A stretch of DNA of 57,761 nucleotides from an uncultured Dehalococcoidales bacterium (GTDB lineage Bacteria > Chloroflexota > Dehalococcoidia > Dehalococcoidales > JAUYDJ01), in assembly GCA_964569555.1 (NCBI GenBank), contig CAZMTT010000001.1:1-57761 (forward strand). Reading direction: 5' to 3'. The translations under genes were made by a program, and so were the position numbers. Below, piece after piece: positions 1 through 9,871 of this stretch. The notes under the pieces were generated by a model. It searched no databases, was not told where the DNA came from, and worked only from the letters and a program-made list of their open reading frames with translations. Within the stretch, counting starts at the first letter, position 1; every line of letters starts with the position of its first letter.

Positions 1-54
1 AGCGCCTGCTTTACACGCAGGAGGTCAGAGGTTCAAGTCCTCTACCGCCCACCA
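1..54 (+). tRNA. tRNA-Val (anticodon TAC), 3' portion; the 5' end lies outside the window
   Basis: Anticodon stem CCTGC/GCAGG around loop TTTACAC (anticodon TAC). Variable loop AGGTC. T-arm AGAGG-TTCAAGT-CCTCT. Acceptor 3' strand ACCGCCC, discriminator A and an encoded CCA ending at 54. Confidence 0.8.
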
Positions 55-216
55 TTCAAAATCATGGTTCTTCGGTCTCTTCACCTCTAAAAAGTTCACA
101 AGGGAATTACTAGAGCAGTTTATAGCCTCCCGTCCTGATGGATGTAGTGATATGAACTCCGTGATAGGTCAGTGAGGTTTGAGGATAGGTTGAGGTTTTA
201 TAAGGCGCCATTGTGA

Positions 217-594
217 CTATTCAAACTCATCCTTTGCCATCACCACAAATATGGTAGATGCCACTCCTAAAGGAAATATCGCAATTATGGCAATAATAGA
301 GCCAGCAAGTGCCCAGCCCCACTTCACTCTTTGCAGTGCAAACACTCCGCCAATTATGGGGAATAATACTACAATGATAGCTAATAATAGGAGAATTATT
401 AGTATAGTAGGTATTAGGGGTTCAACACTGGAGAGGTATTCAGGGGGGCAGGTGTCCAAGATAGATTTCCCAATGTCACCAGCAACAATGGCAATAACAA
501 GCCCTATAACACTGAATACGCTTGTTGCTCCTGAGATTATATTCAGGATGCCTGCCCAGATTGGTTTCCAAGTCCTTTTCAGAGTAGCCTCCAT
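217..594 (-). CDS. small hypothetical integral membrane protein (3-4 predicted TM helices)
   Basis: The 125-aa ORF is dominated by long hydrophobic segments (ILNIISGATSVFSVIGLVIAIVAG, PTILIILLLLAIIVVLFPIIGGVFAL). The overlapping + strand ORF 251..664 translates to non-protein-like sequence. No clear SD. Confidence 0.45.
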   Translation of the reverse strand: MEATLKRTWKPIWAGILNIISGATSVFSVIGLVIAIVAGDIGKSILDTCPPEYLSSVEPLIPTILIILLLLAIIVVLFPIIGGVFALQRVKWGWALAGSIIAIIAIFPLGVASTIFVVMAKDEFE

Positions 595-872
595 ATATAA
601 AGAGGTCGTGTTTATCGTTTATCACCTAGTTCAATTAAAAAATGGCACCCGACATCGCTATTAGCTGGCGTTTCTGGTGCCCTGAGTTACTACTCCCCAA
701 ACCCTCGGTCGACCTATTAAATTTTAAGCTGGATTAAATCTTGCCGTTAGTTTAGCCCTCAAAATTACAGGTGTCAATACCTGTACTGAAGACTGAGCTA
801 AAAGTACTACTGGTTACATGACCAAAGCACTATTGTTCGGGGAGGGGTGACTGGCTAAGATAGTATTGCCGT

Positions 873-2426
873 TTGAGCCTACTTTATGGAGATGGGAGGC
901 GCAATTTGACCAAGTTGCCCTTGGAAGAGGCTCGGTGCAGGCTGCGCAAGCACCTGCCTGAGCCGGCAGCACTGCAGTTGATTCCAGAAGCGATGGCGAG
1001 AAAGTACACCGTCATCCCTCTGGCGGTGAGCGGTAATGTGCTGCAGGTAGCCATGGCTAACCCGACGGATATCCTGGCCCTGGAGGCTCTGGCAAGCCGC
1101 ACTCAGATGCGCATTGAGCCGGAAGAAGCTACTGCTGAGGAAATCCAGGAAGCCATTGATTTCAATTATAAGGCCTACGACGAAATAGAGAGGCAGATAT
1201 CCAGTATCTCTCTGCCCAGCCAGACCAAAGAGGAGCAGCTCAAGCTGGATACGGTTACCGATGCCCCGGTCGCCCAGGCGTTAACGCTGCTCATTGATGA
1301 GGCGGTAAAGGCGGGTGCCTCTGATATTCACCTTGAACCCCAGGAAGATAACCTGCGGGTGCGCTATCGCATTGATGGTGCCCTTCACGATGTGCTCTCC
1401 CTGCCTTCAGCCACCGCCAGCCTGCTTATCTCCCGGATTAAGATTCTGGCCAACATGAATATTGCTGACCACCACCGTCCTCAGGATGGTCAGTTTTCCA
1501 TCAAAACCAAGGGCCGTCGTGCCATTGATATCAGGGTAGCCACCATAGCCAGCGTCTATGGTGAGATGGCAACCCTGCGCCTGCTGGACAAAGCCAGGGC
1601 AATCATGAAGCTGACAGATCTGGGTTTTCTGCCCGAAAGCCTGGCCAAGTACGAAGAGATGCTCAAGGTTCCCCATGGCATGATTCTGGTCAGCGGGCCG
1701 ACCGGCGCCGGTAAGACGACTACCCTTTATGCCTCGGTCAATTGTCTTGACCACAGCGCACGGAATATTATTACCACTGAGGACCCGGTAGAGTATCGGT
1801 TTAAGGACATTAACCAGATTCAGGTTAACCCGCGGGCCGGTATCACCTTTGCCAGCGGACTGCGGTCGATACTGCGCCTTGACCCCGATGTGGTACTGGT
1901 TGGTGAGATACGTGATGCCGAGACCGCCAGTATCGCCGTCCAGGCGGCGCTTACCGGGCATCTGGTGCTATCTTCAATACATGCCAATGATGCGGTGGGA
2001 GTGGTGCTGCGCCTTCTTGACCTCGGTGTCGAGCCCTTTCTGGTCTCATCGGCGCTGATTGGCGTCGTCGCCCAGCGCATGGTACGGCGGATTTGCCCCG
2101 AGTGCGCTCAGCCGATAAGCGCTCCGCTCATTGAGCAGGTGGCTTACGGCCGGGAAATCGGTGGGGAGCGAGCTGAGTTTCTCTATGGTAGCGGTTGCCA
2201 GTCGTGTGCCCACACCGGCTACCGGGGGCGGACCGGTATCTTTGAGATACTGCATATTAGCGACCAGATAAGGATGATGGTGCTCGGTGGCACTACTGCG
2301 GTGCAACTGCGGACTCAGGCAATCAAAGAAGGGATGACACCCCTGATGAAAGACGGCATGTTGAAGGTGAAAGCAGATATCACCACCCCTGCCGAAGTCC
2401 TGCGCAATGCCTATTCTATCGAGTAG
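873..2426 (+). CDS. pilB: type IV pilus assembly ATPase PilB/GspE family (locus 1)
   Basis: T2SSE_N-like N-domain (LIPEAMARKYTVIPLAV...AMANPTD). Walker A GPTGAGKTT, Asp box, Walker B DPDVVLVGEIRD, His box. Tetracysteine CPEC...CQSC. TTG start right after an in-frame stop, so the start is uncertain. It lacks the ~60-aa N-terminal extension seen in PilB2. Confidence 0.9.
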   Translation: MSLLYGDGRRNLTKLPLEEARCRLRKHLPEPAALQLIPEAMARKYTVIPLAVSGNVLQVAMANPTDILALEALASRTQMRIEPEEATAEEIQEAIDFNYKAYDEIERQISSISLPSQTKEEQLKLDTVTDAPVAQALTLLIDEAVKAGASDIHLEPQEDNLRVRYRIDGALHDVLSLPSATASLLISRIKILANMNIADHHRPQDGQFSIKTKGRRAIDIRVATIASVYGEMATLRLLDKARAIMKLTDLGFLPESLAKYEEMLKVPHGMILVSGPTGAGKTTTLYASVNCLDHSARNIITTEDPVEYRFKDINQIQVNPRAGITFASGLRSILRLDPDVVLVGEIRDAETASIAVQAALTGHLVLSSIHANDAVGVVLRLLDLGVEPFLVSSALIGVVAQRMVRRICPECAQPISAPLIEQVAYGREIGGERAEFLYGSGCQSCAHTGYRGRTGIFEILHISDQIRMMVLGGTTAVQLRTQAIKEGMTPLMKDGMLKVKADITTPAEVLRNAYSIE

Positions 2427-2465
2427 CGACCGGCTGCTGCCCTAGAGAATCCCGGGTGAAGTGAA

Positions 2466-3674
2466 ATGATTTATCAGTATGTTGCCCATAATGAGAGCGG
2501 GAAGGTAATCAAGGGGAAGCTCACCGCCGCCAGTGAAGAAGTAGCCACTGAGCTGCTGGGCTATGCTGGCTATCAGGCAATTAACCTCAAGCGGTTTGTC
2601 CCCTTTCTCAGCCTGGACAGGCTGTGGCCATACCTCTTCCCGGTAAAACCCTCGGAAATAATACTCATCTTTCGCAAGCTCGCCTTGCTCCTTGAATCGG
2701 GTATGGATATCATTACCTCTCTGGAGTTGCTGCGGGAGCAGACCCCCAACCGCACTCTGAAAAAGGCGTGGGGTGAGGTAATCGCTGACCTGCGCAACGG
2801 CAATCAGTTCTCGGTAGCCCTGGACAAGCACCCCGGCGTCTTCCCGCCAATCTACTGCCGTTTGCTGGGTATGGGAGAGCAGAGTGGTGACCTGGAGACG
2901 GTGCTGAGGCAGATTGCCGATTATATGGAAAAAGAGATTGCCGCCGCCAAGAGTATTAAGAACGCCATGACCTATCCGGTGATTACCTTTGTGGTGGCTA
3001 TGGTGGTTATCGGGGTGCTGGTCACCTTTGTCCTGCCCACTTTTGCCGCTCTCTATAGCTCACTCGGTGTTGAATTACCACTGGCGGCTCGCTTGATGCT
3101 TACGGTCAGTGGCACTCTGCAGAGTCACTGGGCTTATTTTATGCTGGCGTCGCTGGTTTTAGGCGGCTCAGCCTATATCTATCTCAAGAGTTCGGACGGG
3201 AGATACCGCTGGGATAAGCTATCTCTCGGCTTGCCGGTGCTGGGGCGCATAAATCACCTCAATCAGCTGGCCCGCTATTGTCGCAGCATGTCGCTACTAA
3301 TCGGTGCCGGTCTGTCGCTGACGGAAGTGATGCCGCTGGTAGTTCAGGGCACCAGCAATCAGGCGGTGGCTAAAGCGCTTAAGGATGTCCAGCAGGATAT
3401 GGTCAAGGGTGAGGGCCTGTCTCTGCCCATGGCCAAGAATGCCCTTTTCCTGCCCATGATGGTGCAGATGATAAATGTCGGTGAGGAGACCGGCAACCTT
3501 GATACTACTTTACTGGCCATCGCCCGGAGCTACGAGACGGAAGCTGAGGACAAGACCCGTTCCCTGATTACCCTTATCCAGCCGGCAATGACATTAATTA
3601 TCGGTCTGATAATCGGGCTCATCGCCATGTCGTTGAGCTCAGCTTTATATTCTATCTACGGGCAGGGTTTTTGA
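2466..3674 (+). CDS. pilC: type IV pilus platform protein PilC (T2SS F family)
   Basis: 402 aa with two T2SSF-type repeats (ESGMDIITSLELL... and GAGLSLTEVMPLV...) and 3 TM segments. Sits immediately after pilB. Confidence 0.9.
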   Translation: MIYQYVAHNESGKVIKGKLTAASEEVATELLGYAGYQAINLKRFVPFLSLDRLWPYLFPVKPSEIILIFRKLALLLESGMDIITSLELLREQTPNRTLKKAWGEVIADLRNGNQFSVALDKHPGVFPPIYCRLLGMGEQSGDLETVLRQIADYMEKEIAAAKSIKNAMTYPVITFVVAMVVIGVLVTFVLPTFAALYSSLGVELPLAARLMLTVSGTLQSHWAYFMLASLVLGGSAYIYLKSSDGRYRWDKLSLGLPVLGRINHLNQLARYCRSMSLLIGAGLSLTEVMPLVVQGTSNQAVAKALKDVQQDMVKGEGLSLPMAKNALFLPMMVQMINVGEETGNLDTTLLAIARSYETEAEDKTRSLITLIQPAMTLIIGLIIGLIAMSLSSALYSIYGQGF

Positions 3675-4069
3675 TGAAGAGAAAACGAGGCATATTACTC
3701 CCGGCTGAGTCGGGGATGACGCTGGTGGAGACAGCAGTGGCGCTGGCTGTTCTGGGCACGATTGCCGTCGTCTTTCTGAGCGGTCTGGCAATCAGTTCTA
3801 AAGCGGTAATCATCGCCGATGAGCAGACTACCGTGGAGAGCCTGGCGCAGAGCCAGATGGAGTGGGCCAAAGGGGTTGACTATGTGTATGAAGCCAGTGA
3901 GTATTCCCCGGCACCGATACCAGCCGGCCAGGATTATACTGATTATTCGGCTAACATCACCGCTGAGCCTTTACATACCCCCGATGATGGTATTCAGAAG
4001 ATAACGGTTACCGTCAGACGTCTGGGGGAAATGGTAATGGAACTGGAAGGTTACAAGGTGGACCGATGA
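3671..4069 (+). CDS. prepilin-type minor pilin/pseudopilin
   Basis: N-terminus ...AESG|MTLVETAVALAVLGTIAVVFL has the class III signal: Gly-1, Glu+5 and a hydrophobic helix. 4-nt overlap with pilC. Confidence 0.7.
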   Translation: MMKRKRGILLPAESGMTLVETAVALAVLGTIAVVFLSGLAISSKAVIIADEQTTVESLAQSQMEWAKGVDYVYEASEYSPAPIPAGQDYTDYSANITAEPLHTPDDGIQKITVTVRRLGEMVMELEGYKVDR

Positions 4070-4596
4070 GACGGGGTGAGAGAGGCGCGACTCTTATTGA
4101 GCTGGTGGTGGCTATCGCCATTATGGCACTGGTAAGTGGCGCGGCGACGGCAGCCACGTTTCAGGTTTTAAAGTGCACCGAGCGCAACAGCGAGTATATG
4201 ACGGCGTTGAACCAGGTGCAGAATGCCGGTTACTGGATTAGCCGTGATGCCCGGATGGCGCAGAGTATAACCACGGAAAACCTGACATCACCGGACTTTC
4301 TGGTCCTGAACTGGACGGAGTGGGATGCTGAAGATAACCCGGTCTATCATTCGGCGACATACTTTTTGGAAGACCTGAGTGGTGGCATCGGCAATCTGAA
4401 GCGGAGCCACTGGAGCAGCGCTGGCGTCAACGAGCAGACGCTGGTCGCCCGACATATCTATTATGACCCGACCGACCTTGATTACACCAGTGAAGCCAGT
4501 TATCAAACCCCGGTGCTGACGCTCCAGATAACGGCGCTCTCAGGGGAGTCAAGGGAGACGAGAGAGTACCAGATTAGCCGCCGTCCCAATTTTTAG
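4066..4596 (+). CDS. prepilin-type minor pilin/pseudopilin
   Basis: N-terminus RGERG|ATLIELVVAIAIMALV, a prepilin cleavage/methylation motif with Glu+5. 4-nt overlap with the upstream gene. Confidence 0.75.
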   Translation: MRRGERGATLIELVVAIAIMALVSGAATAATFQVLKCTERNSEYMTALNQVQNAGYWISRDARMAQSITTENLTSPDFLVLNWTEWDAEDNPVYHSATYFLEDLSGGIGNLKRSHWSSAGVNEQTLVARHIYYDPTDLDYTSEASYQTPVLTLQITALSGESRETREYQISRRPNF

Positions 4597-4610
4597 CTGA
4601 TGAGGGAACA

Positions 4611-5465
4611 ATGATTGGCTTTTTAAGGCAAATAATAAGGGGTGAGAAGGGGCAGGCCCTACCGGCTGTTCTGGCTCTGCTCGTTTTGGGCGGGCTGACC
4701 ATTGCCCCCACCCTCAGCCATGCCAGCACCAGCCTTAATCTGGGCCGGGTTCTTCAGGAAAACGGGCACGGGATTTATGCGGCTGATGCCGGCGTGGAAG
4801 AGGCGCTGTGGTGTCTGGGGGAGGGTATTTCACCGCCCGGGCAGCTGACGGAAAATGTTAACCAGATGGCAGTCGCCATCCAGACTGAAGATAAGGGGGA
4901 CTATACCCTCTATCTGGGTGAGTTCATCCGCCCCGGTGAGCACAACGAATACCTGAGTGTCGGCGGAGAGATAACCTGGGACGATGAGGCGGGGGCTTAT
5001 AAATGCGTCATTACCGTTGTCTGGGAGCCTGATTCAGGGATACCGGTGATACACCTGGAAGAGGTCGGCGTCAGGCTTCCGGCGGGGTATAGCTATCAAC
5101 CGGGGTCGGCGGCTGGCTTTGCCGACAATTTATCCACCGGTGAGCCGGATGAGACGCTGGACAGCCTGGGGGCTTACCTGCTCAACTGGGAGTTGGGCAC
5201 ACCTGCCCCCAGTGTTTCCGAAGCTGAGCCGGTAAAGACCCAGACCTTTTATATCGCCGGAAGCGGAGACCTGGAGGGCGATTATACCTGGGTGGTAGCC
5301 GACCGGAATGATGTCGGGGCGGTGGGCGAGATTACGGGCACCTCATACCGAATCACGGCGACGGCAACACGCCCCGGAGATGGCAAAACTACCGCCAGAA
5401 TAGTGGCTGAGGTAATGATAAGCGAAGGAACGACCTATATCACATCATGGCTGATATCAAAATAG
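4611..5465 (+). CDS. PilX-like pilus-associated protein
   Basis: N-terminal hydrophobic helix without Glu+5 (GQALPAVLALLVLGGLTIAP), followed by a PilX_N-like IYAADAGVEEALW motif. The C-terminal part looks beta-rich (LPAGYSY, Ig/DUF11-like). Confidence 0.5.
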   Translation: MIGFLRQIIRGEKGQALPAVLALLVLGGLTIAPTLSHASTSLNLGRVLQENGHGIYAADAGVEEALWCLGEGISPPGQLTENVNQMAVAIQTEDKGDYTLYLGEFIRPGEHNEYLSVGGEITWDDEAGAYKCVITVVWEPDSGIPVIHLEEVGVRLPAGYSYQPGSAAGFADNLSTGEPDETLDSLGAYLLNWELGTPAPSVSEAEPVKTQTFYIAGSGDLEGDYTWVVADRNDVGAVGEITGTSYRITATATRPGDGKTTARIVAEVMISEGTTYITSWLISK

Positions 5466-5480
5466 TTAAAAATACAGGAG

Positions 5481-6044
5481 ATGGCATTGAAGCTGACTAA
5501 AACAAGCTGGATACTGCTGACGGTTGGTGTGTTTATTATCGTCTTCGCCAGCCTGGGTGTGGTTTTGTACCAGCGGCTTGACCAGCAGAGCCATCTGGAG
5601 GGCGAGCTTAAGCTGGCCCAGCAGAAGCTAAACGTGGTTCAGCTTGAGCCACTTTCCCAGCAGCGGGCAGAGCTGGAGGAGCAGCTATATGAAATCGTGT
5701 CGGAGTCTGAGGATGCCAAGGCAGCCCTTTCGCAGGCAGTTACCAGCACTGCCGTCAGCGATACCCTGTTTGATATTGCGGCCACTTATGATGTGACCAT
5801 AACCGAGTTAAGCTCCACCGGCCTGGCGGCGGAAGAACTGGCGGGGGTTACCTGCTCGGCGCTACCCTTTACCGGCCGGGTGGAGGGAGACTTATCCGAT
5901 ATCGTCAATTTTGTGGTAAGGCTGAACAATGACCTGAGCACCGGTGTGGTCAGGTCGGTGGCAATTGATGTTCCGCCAACGCCTAATGGAGAGAATTCAA
6001 CCGCCAGCCTGACGCTGGTGATTTACAGTTATCAGGGTGACTGA
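5481..6044 (+). CDS. PilO/GspM-like bitopic pilus alignment protein
   Basis: Short N-terminus, one TM helix (WILLTVGVFIIVFASLGVVLY), a coiled coil, then a small globular domain. It sits just before the pilM/N fusion and overlaps it by 8 nt. Confidence 0.5.
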   Translation: MALKLTKTSWILLTVGVFIIVFASLGVVLYQRLDQQSHLEGELKLAQQKLNVVQLEPLSQQRAELEEQLYEIVSESEDAKAALSQAVTSTAVSDTLFDIAATYDVTITELSSTGLAAEELAGVTCSALPFTGRVEGDLSDIVNFVVRLNNDLSTGVVRSVAIDVPPTPNGENSTASLTLVIYSYQGD

Positions 6045-7506
6045 GATGGCAGAGAAGTTGCTTACGCTATACATTGACGACGCTAGTCTCCGGCTGATGG
6101 TTACCCGCGGTCAGCGGGTGAGAAAATGGGCGGAGGCGCCTCTGGAGCCGGAGATGGTCCAGAATAATGTCGTCATCAAAAAGGCAGAGGTTGCCGCCAA
6201 GATTAAGCAGCTCCTCAAAGCCCAGAGGGTGAAAACAAAGAAGGTCATCCTCGGCTTGAGCGGGCTTCACTGTTTAACCCGGCCGATTACCCTGCCCCCG
6301 TTACCCAAGGCGATGCTGGCTGAGGCAGTAGTACGGGAGGCGAGGAGTGTGCTGCCGGTGTCCCCGGAGCAGCTTTATATCTCCTGGCAGACTACCCTGA
6401 CCGCCGAGGACAAGACCGAGGTCTTTATGGTGGCGGTACCCCGTAAGGCGGCTGATGCCCTGGTTAAAACGGTGCAGCAGGCGGGGCTGAAGGTAGAGTT
6501 CATGGACCTGAAGCCACTGGCTCTGGCGCGGGTAGCCAGCGAAGAGACCGCCGTCATCGTTGATGTCCAGCCAACTGAATTTGACATCGTGATTATGGTG
6601 GAAGGGGTTCCCCAGCCCATCCGCACCGTGCCCTTCCCCGCTGAAGCGGTGTCTTTGCCCGATAAGCTGCCGATGATAAAGAAAGAGCTGGATAGAACCA
6701 TCAAGTTCTATAATTCCAATAATCAGGCGAAGCCCATTGACGGCAGTGTCACTATTTTCGTCTCCGGAGAGCTGGCTGATGAGCCGGAGCCGTGCCAGTC
6801 TCTGTCCGACGAGCTTGGCCATCCGGTCTTACCACTGGCATCACCGCTGGAGTGTCCGGAGTCAATGCCGTCAGGCCGTTATCTGGTTAACATCGGTCTG
6901 GCGCTGAAAGAACTGCCTCTGGCAAGGGAAACCGGGCTTTGCGTAGCCGATTTGAATATTCTGCCTGAGGCCTACCGGCCCAAGCCCATTTCGCTGACCA
7001 GGGTCTTAGCCCTGCCCAGTGCCGCCCTTTTTATCGGTTTGCTTATTCCCCTGGTAATGTTCATTCAGGATACCTCGGTCGATATTGCCGTAACGCGCGC
7101 CAAAATAGACAACACCAACCAGATGACTCAGCAAAGGCTATCGCAGCGAGAGGGGCTAACGGCTGATATTGCCGGGCTGGAGGCGGAACTGGCTGAGGCC
7201 GAGTCATCCCAGGCTAACTTCACCGTAGCCATGGACAGCCTGGAGAAACAGAACAGCGTCATTAACGGTGACCTGGGACTAGCCGTCAGCTGTCTGCCGG
7301 CTAGCGCCAATTTGACCAGTATTACCCATGCCAGCCAGACCCTGACCCTGAACGGCAGTTCCCCCGGCGAAGCCGAGGTACTGGCCTACTTAAGCAGCCT
7401 GAATAACAGCGGTCGCTTTGCCGAGATTATTGTGTCCCGCATCAGAAGGGTTGCCGGTGGGGGGATGGACTTCACCCTGGTGCTCAGGACGGGCGGAGGC
7501 GAATGA
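6037..7506 (+). CDS. pilM: PilM (actin-like ATPase fold) fused to a PilN-like TM/coiled-coil segment
   Basis: The ~300-aa N-terminal part is typical of PilM. It is followed by a TM helix (ALPSAALFIGLLIPLVMFI), a coiled coil and a small C-domain. Position in the operon fits. Confidence 0.75.
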   Translation: MTEMAEKLLTLYIDDASLRLMVTRGQRVRKWAEAPLEPEMVQNNVVIKKAEVAAKIKQLLKAQRVKTKKVILGLSGLHCLTRPITLPPLPKAMLAEAVVREARSVLPVSPEQLYISWQTTLTAEDKTEVFMVAVPRKAADALVKTVQQAGLKVEFMDLKPLALARVASEETAVIVDVQPTEFDIVIMVEGVPQPIRTVPFPAEAVSLPDKLPMIKKELDRTIKFYNSNNQAKPIDGSVTIFVSGELADEPEPCQSLSDELGHPVLPLASPLECPESMPSGRYLVNIGLALKELPLARETGLCVADLNILPEAYRPKPISLTRVLALPSAALFIGLLIPLVMFIQDTSVDIAVTRAKIDNTNQMTQQRLSQREGLTADIAGLEAELAEAESSQANFTVAMDSLEKQNSVINGDLGLAVSCLPASANLTSITHASQTLTLNGSSPGEAEVLAYLSSLNNSGRFAEIIVSRIRRVAGGGMDFTLVLRTGGGE

Positions 7507-8576
7507 TGGATATTTTTCCGTTGCTTAATCTGGCGGTAACCCGGCTTGCTTCTGACTTGCACCTCATTGCCGACAGCCCGCCGCTGCTGCGCATCAATGG
7601 TGAGCTTAGCCCGCTAGCCGATATGCCACCGCTGACGGCGGATGATATTGCTCAGGCTTTCCAGCAGCTGGCCTCGGACCGGGAAAGGGCTGACTTTGAG
7701 CGCTGTCTTGAGCTTGATTTTGGCTACACTATTCCTGGTGTTTGCCGGCTCCGCTGTAATGCGGCTAAGCAGCGCGGGACGATTAGCCTTACCATCCGCC
7801 TAATCCCACTCCAGATCCCTAATATTGATGAACTGGGGCTGCCCGAAATATGCAGGGAGCTGATTCTCAAGCCCCGCGGTCTGGTGGTGATCAGCGGTCC
7901 CACCGGGAGCGGCAAAACGACCACGCTGGCGGCGATGGTCAACCATCTGAACAGCAGCCAGAAACGCCGTGTGGTCATCGTGGAAGACCCCATTGAGTAT
8001 GTCTATGCCAATCTGGGGTGCACCATAACCCAGCGGGAGCTGGGCAGCGATACCCTCTCTTTTGCCGGGGCGCTGAAGCATGTTTTGCGGCAGGACCCGG
8101 ATGTTATCCTGGTCGGTGAGATGAGGGACCTGGAGACGGCGGCGGCGGTGCTTACCATTGCCGAGACCGGTCATCTGGTACTGACCACCGGCCATGCCCC
8201 GGCCGCCCCCCAGGCGGTGGAGCGGATAATAGACCTGTTTCCGCCTCACGAGCGTCACTTAGCCCAGTCGCGGCTGGCTTCGCTGCTGCTGGCGGTCCTG
8301 TGCCAGGTGCTCGTCCCCAAAGCTGATGGCTCGGGGCGGGTGGCGGCGGTTGAGGTAATGCTGGCCAGCCCGGCGGTAAGAAACACCATCCGCGAGGGCA
8401 GGATTCACCAGTTGCCGACCACTATTCTGACACAGGCCCGGCTGGGGATGGTCTTGCTTGACCACGCCCTGGTCAAGCTCTACCGGGAGAAAGTAATCAG
8501 CCATGAAACGCTGCTTGCTTTTGGTAATGACCCGGAGGAAGTAGTCAAGCTTGTGGGCAAGCTGCCTCAAGCGTAG
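7503..8576 (+). CDS. pilT: twitching-motility retraction ATPase PilT
   Basis: 357 aa. Walker A GPTGSGKTT, Walker B DPDVILVGEMRD, His box TGHLVLTTGHA, PilT signature AVRNTIREGRIHQL. 4-nt overlap with pilM/N. Confidence 0.9.
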   Translation: MMDIFPLLNLAVTRLASDLHLIADSPPLLRINGELSPLADMPPLTADDIAQAFQQLASDRERADFERCLELDFGYTIPGVCRLRCNAAKQRGTISLTIRLIPLQIPNIDELGLPEICRELILKPRGLVVISGPTGSGKTTTLAAMVNHLNSSQKRRVVIVEDPIEYVYANLGCTITQRELGSDTLSFAGALKHVLRQDPDVILVGEMRDLETAAAVLTIAETGHLVLTTGHAPAAPQAVERIIDLFPPHERHLAQSRLASLLLAVLCQVLVPKADGSGRVAAVEVMLASPAVRNTIREGRIHQLPTTILTQARLGMVLLDHALVKLYREKVISHETLLAFGNDPEEVVKLVGKLPQA

Positions 8577-8671
8577 TTACACTCAGTCCCCGGCTAAATC
8601 AGCCGGTTGATTATTCGCTCAGATTACGCCCCCTATTGACGGGCTGGGCAACAGCAGGCAAAATGTAGCCA

Positions 8672-9463
8672 GTGGAAGTTGCGTTAATTATTCTTTTTTT
8701 CTTACTCGGTTCGGCGGTGGGCAGTTTCCTCAACGTCTGCATGGACCGTCTGCCTGCCGACCGCTCACTGCTCCGTCCCGCCTCTCACTGTGATAGCTGC
8801 CAGCACCCGCTATCGGTAAGCGACCTCGTGCCTATATTCAGCTACCTATGGCTGCGCCGCCGCTGCCGCTACTGTCAGGCTGCCCTGCCCCGCCGCCCCT
8901 TCTGGGTGGAACTGGGCAGCGCCGGTCTTTTTGCTTTCGGCTACTGGTATTACGGCCTGAGTGTTGATTTAGCCGTTATCATCTTTTACTGCTGTCTCTT
9001 TATCGTGCTCGCCGTCATTGACCTGGAGCACGGGCTTATCCTGAATAAGATAGTCTATCCAGCGGCGGTGGTGGCGCTGGTAATCAGTGCCTTTTTCCCC
9101 CCGTCGGGCATTGTTGACCTCGCTTTAGGCTGGCCCTGGTTCGGACTGGTCAATAGCATTACCGGCGGGGCTATCGGTCTCATCTTCTTTTTGCTGCCCG
9201 CTTTAATTTACCCCGAGGGAATGGGGTGGGGGGATATTAAGATGGCTGGCCTGATCGGTCTGGTTACCGGCTCGGGGCTGGTGCTTTTCGCCTTGCTTAT
9301 CGGCATAATTCTGGGCGGGCTGGTAGCGGGGATTCTGCTCTTACTTAAAGTAAAGGGGTGGTGGGAGGCTATCCCCTTCGGTCCCTTCCTCTCGGTGGGG
9401 ACTATTGCCATACTGCTCTGGGGCAGTGATATTATCAACTGGTATCTGGGGCTGTTCTTTTAA
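8672..9463 (+). CDS. pilD: prepilin peptidase / N-methyltransferase PilD (peptidase A24)
   Basis: N-terminal CxxC...CxxC (CDSCQHPL...CRYCQA). Catalytic Asp motifs AVIDLEH and GWGDIKMAG. Polytopic membrane protein. GTG start. Confidence 0.9.
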   Translation: MEVALIILFFLLGSAVGSFLNVCMDRLPADRSLLRPASHCDSCQHPLSVSDLVPIFSYLWLRRRCRYCQAALPRRPFWVELGSAGLFAFGYWYYGLSVDLAVIIFYCCLFIVLAVIDLEHGLILNKIVYPAAVVALVISAFFPPSGIVDLALGWPWFGLVNSITGGAIGLIFFLLPALIYPEGMGWGDIKMAGLIGLVTGSGLVLFALLIGIILGGLVAGILLLLKVKGWWEAIPFGPFLSVGTIAILLWGSDIINWYLGLFF

Positions 9464-9491
9464 CCCTCATCGCGGGCAAATTCAGTGGCTC

Positions 9492-9520
9492 TTGACAGAT
9501 TACATATTGACTAGTACAAT
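9492..9520 (+). promoter_or_regulatory. near-consensus sigma70-type promoter for the wHTH gene
   Basis: TTGACA (9492-9497), 17-nt spacer, TACAAT (9515-9520). About 40 nt upstream of the ATG at 9561, which has a GGAGG-like SD. Confidence 0.5.
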
Positions 9521-9560
9521 AGTCCTGCCTAAAAACAAGGGTAGATGTGGAGGCAGGGAG

Positions 9561-9842
9561 ATGAGGGTAAATAGACGGCGATCAGATATTGAGATAATTG
9601 CCGAGATGCTCAAGGTCGGCGAAAATGGCGCGGGCAAGACCGAGATTATGTACAGTGTCAACATGAGCTATCGGCAGATACAGAAGTACCTTGGCTATTT
9701 GATGGCTCAGGGCTTTATTGACCAGATGAAGATGGGCAATCCATCGGTGACCTATCAGGTGACCGACAGTGGCTTAAGGCTGCTTGAGCTACTAAACAGA
9801 ATAGAGGAAATGCTTGGGCTGGATGAGCAGACTAACTTTTAG
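9561..9842 (+). CDS. small winged-helix DNA-binding protein (archaeal-style wHTH, HTH_45-like)
   Basis: MRVNRRRSDIEIIAEMLKVGENGAGKTEIMYSVNMSYRQIQKYLGYLMAQGFI matches the R-x-x-EII..IL....G..KT.IMY..N.SY.Q...YL..L...G pattern. The ATG at 9561 has an SD (GGAGGCAGGGAG). The ORF-track start at 9405 would overlap pilD. Confidence 0.65.
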   Translation: MRVNRRRSDIEIIAEMLKVGENGAGKTEIMYSVNMSYRQIQKYLGYLMAQGFIDQMKMGNPSVTYQVTDSGLRLLELLNRIEEMLGLDEQTNF

Positions 9843-9871
9843 CCACTTCAGGGGCAGGGTCTGTGGGAAAT

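Noticed and set aside
251-664. 137-aa + strand ORF overlapping the small membrane-protein gene
   Set aside because: The translation is not protein-like. It is the mirror frame of a hydrophobic membrane protein, and the - strand ORF 217..594 is the more plausible gene.
1407-2306. Antisense and alternative-frame ORFs inside pilB1 (1407..1961, 1820..2080, 1849..2058, 2046..2306)
   Set aside because: They lie entirely within a strongly supported conserved CDS. Their Arg/Gly/Pro-rich translations are typical of off-frame reading in GC-rich coding DNA.
8590-8606. Hairpin CCGGCT-aaatc-AGCCGG after pilT as a terminator separating pilT and pilD
   Set aside because: The stem is only 6 bp and the T-tract is poor (TTGATTATT). 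pilD may well be co-transcribed, so I left it uncalled.
1-9463. tRNA-Val as the integration site of a genomic island carrying pilus locus 1
   Set aside because: No integrase sits next to the tRNA. I could not find a direct repeat of the tRNA 3' end in any intergenic region I scanned (8577-8671, 9464-9560, 10262-10369, 20304-20499, 31107-31440). The only recombinase (xerD, 39937..40845) looks like a housekeeping gene.
9405-9560. N-terminal extension of the wHTH gene (ORF-track start at 9405, overlapping pilD)
   Set aside because: The extension overlaps the pilD 3' end and spans the consensus promoter at 9492-9520. The ATG at 9561 has a proper SD and gives the conserved family N-terminus.
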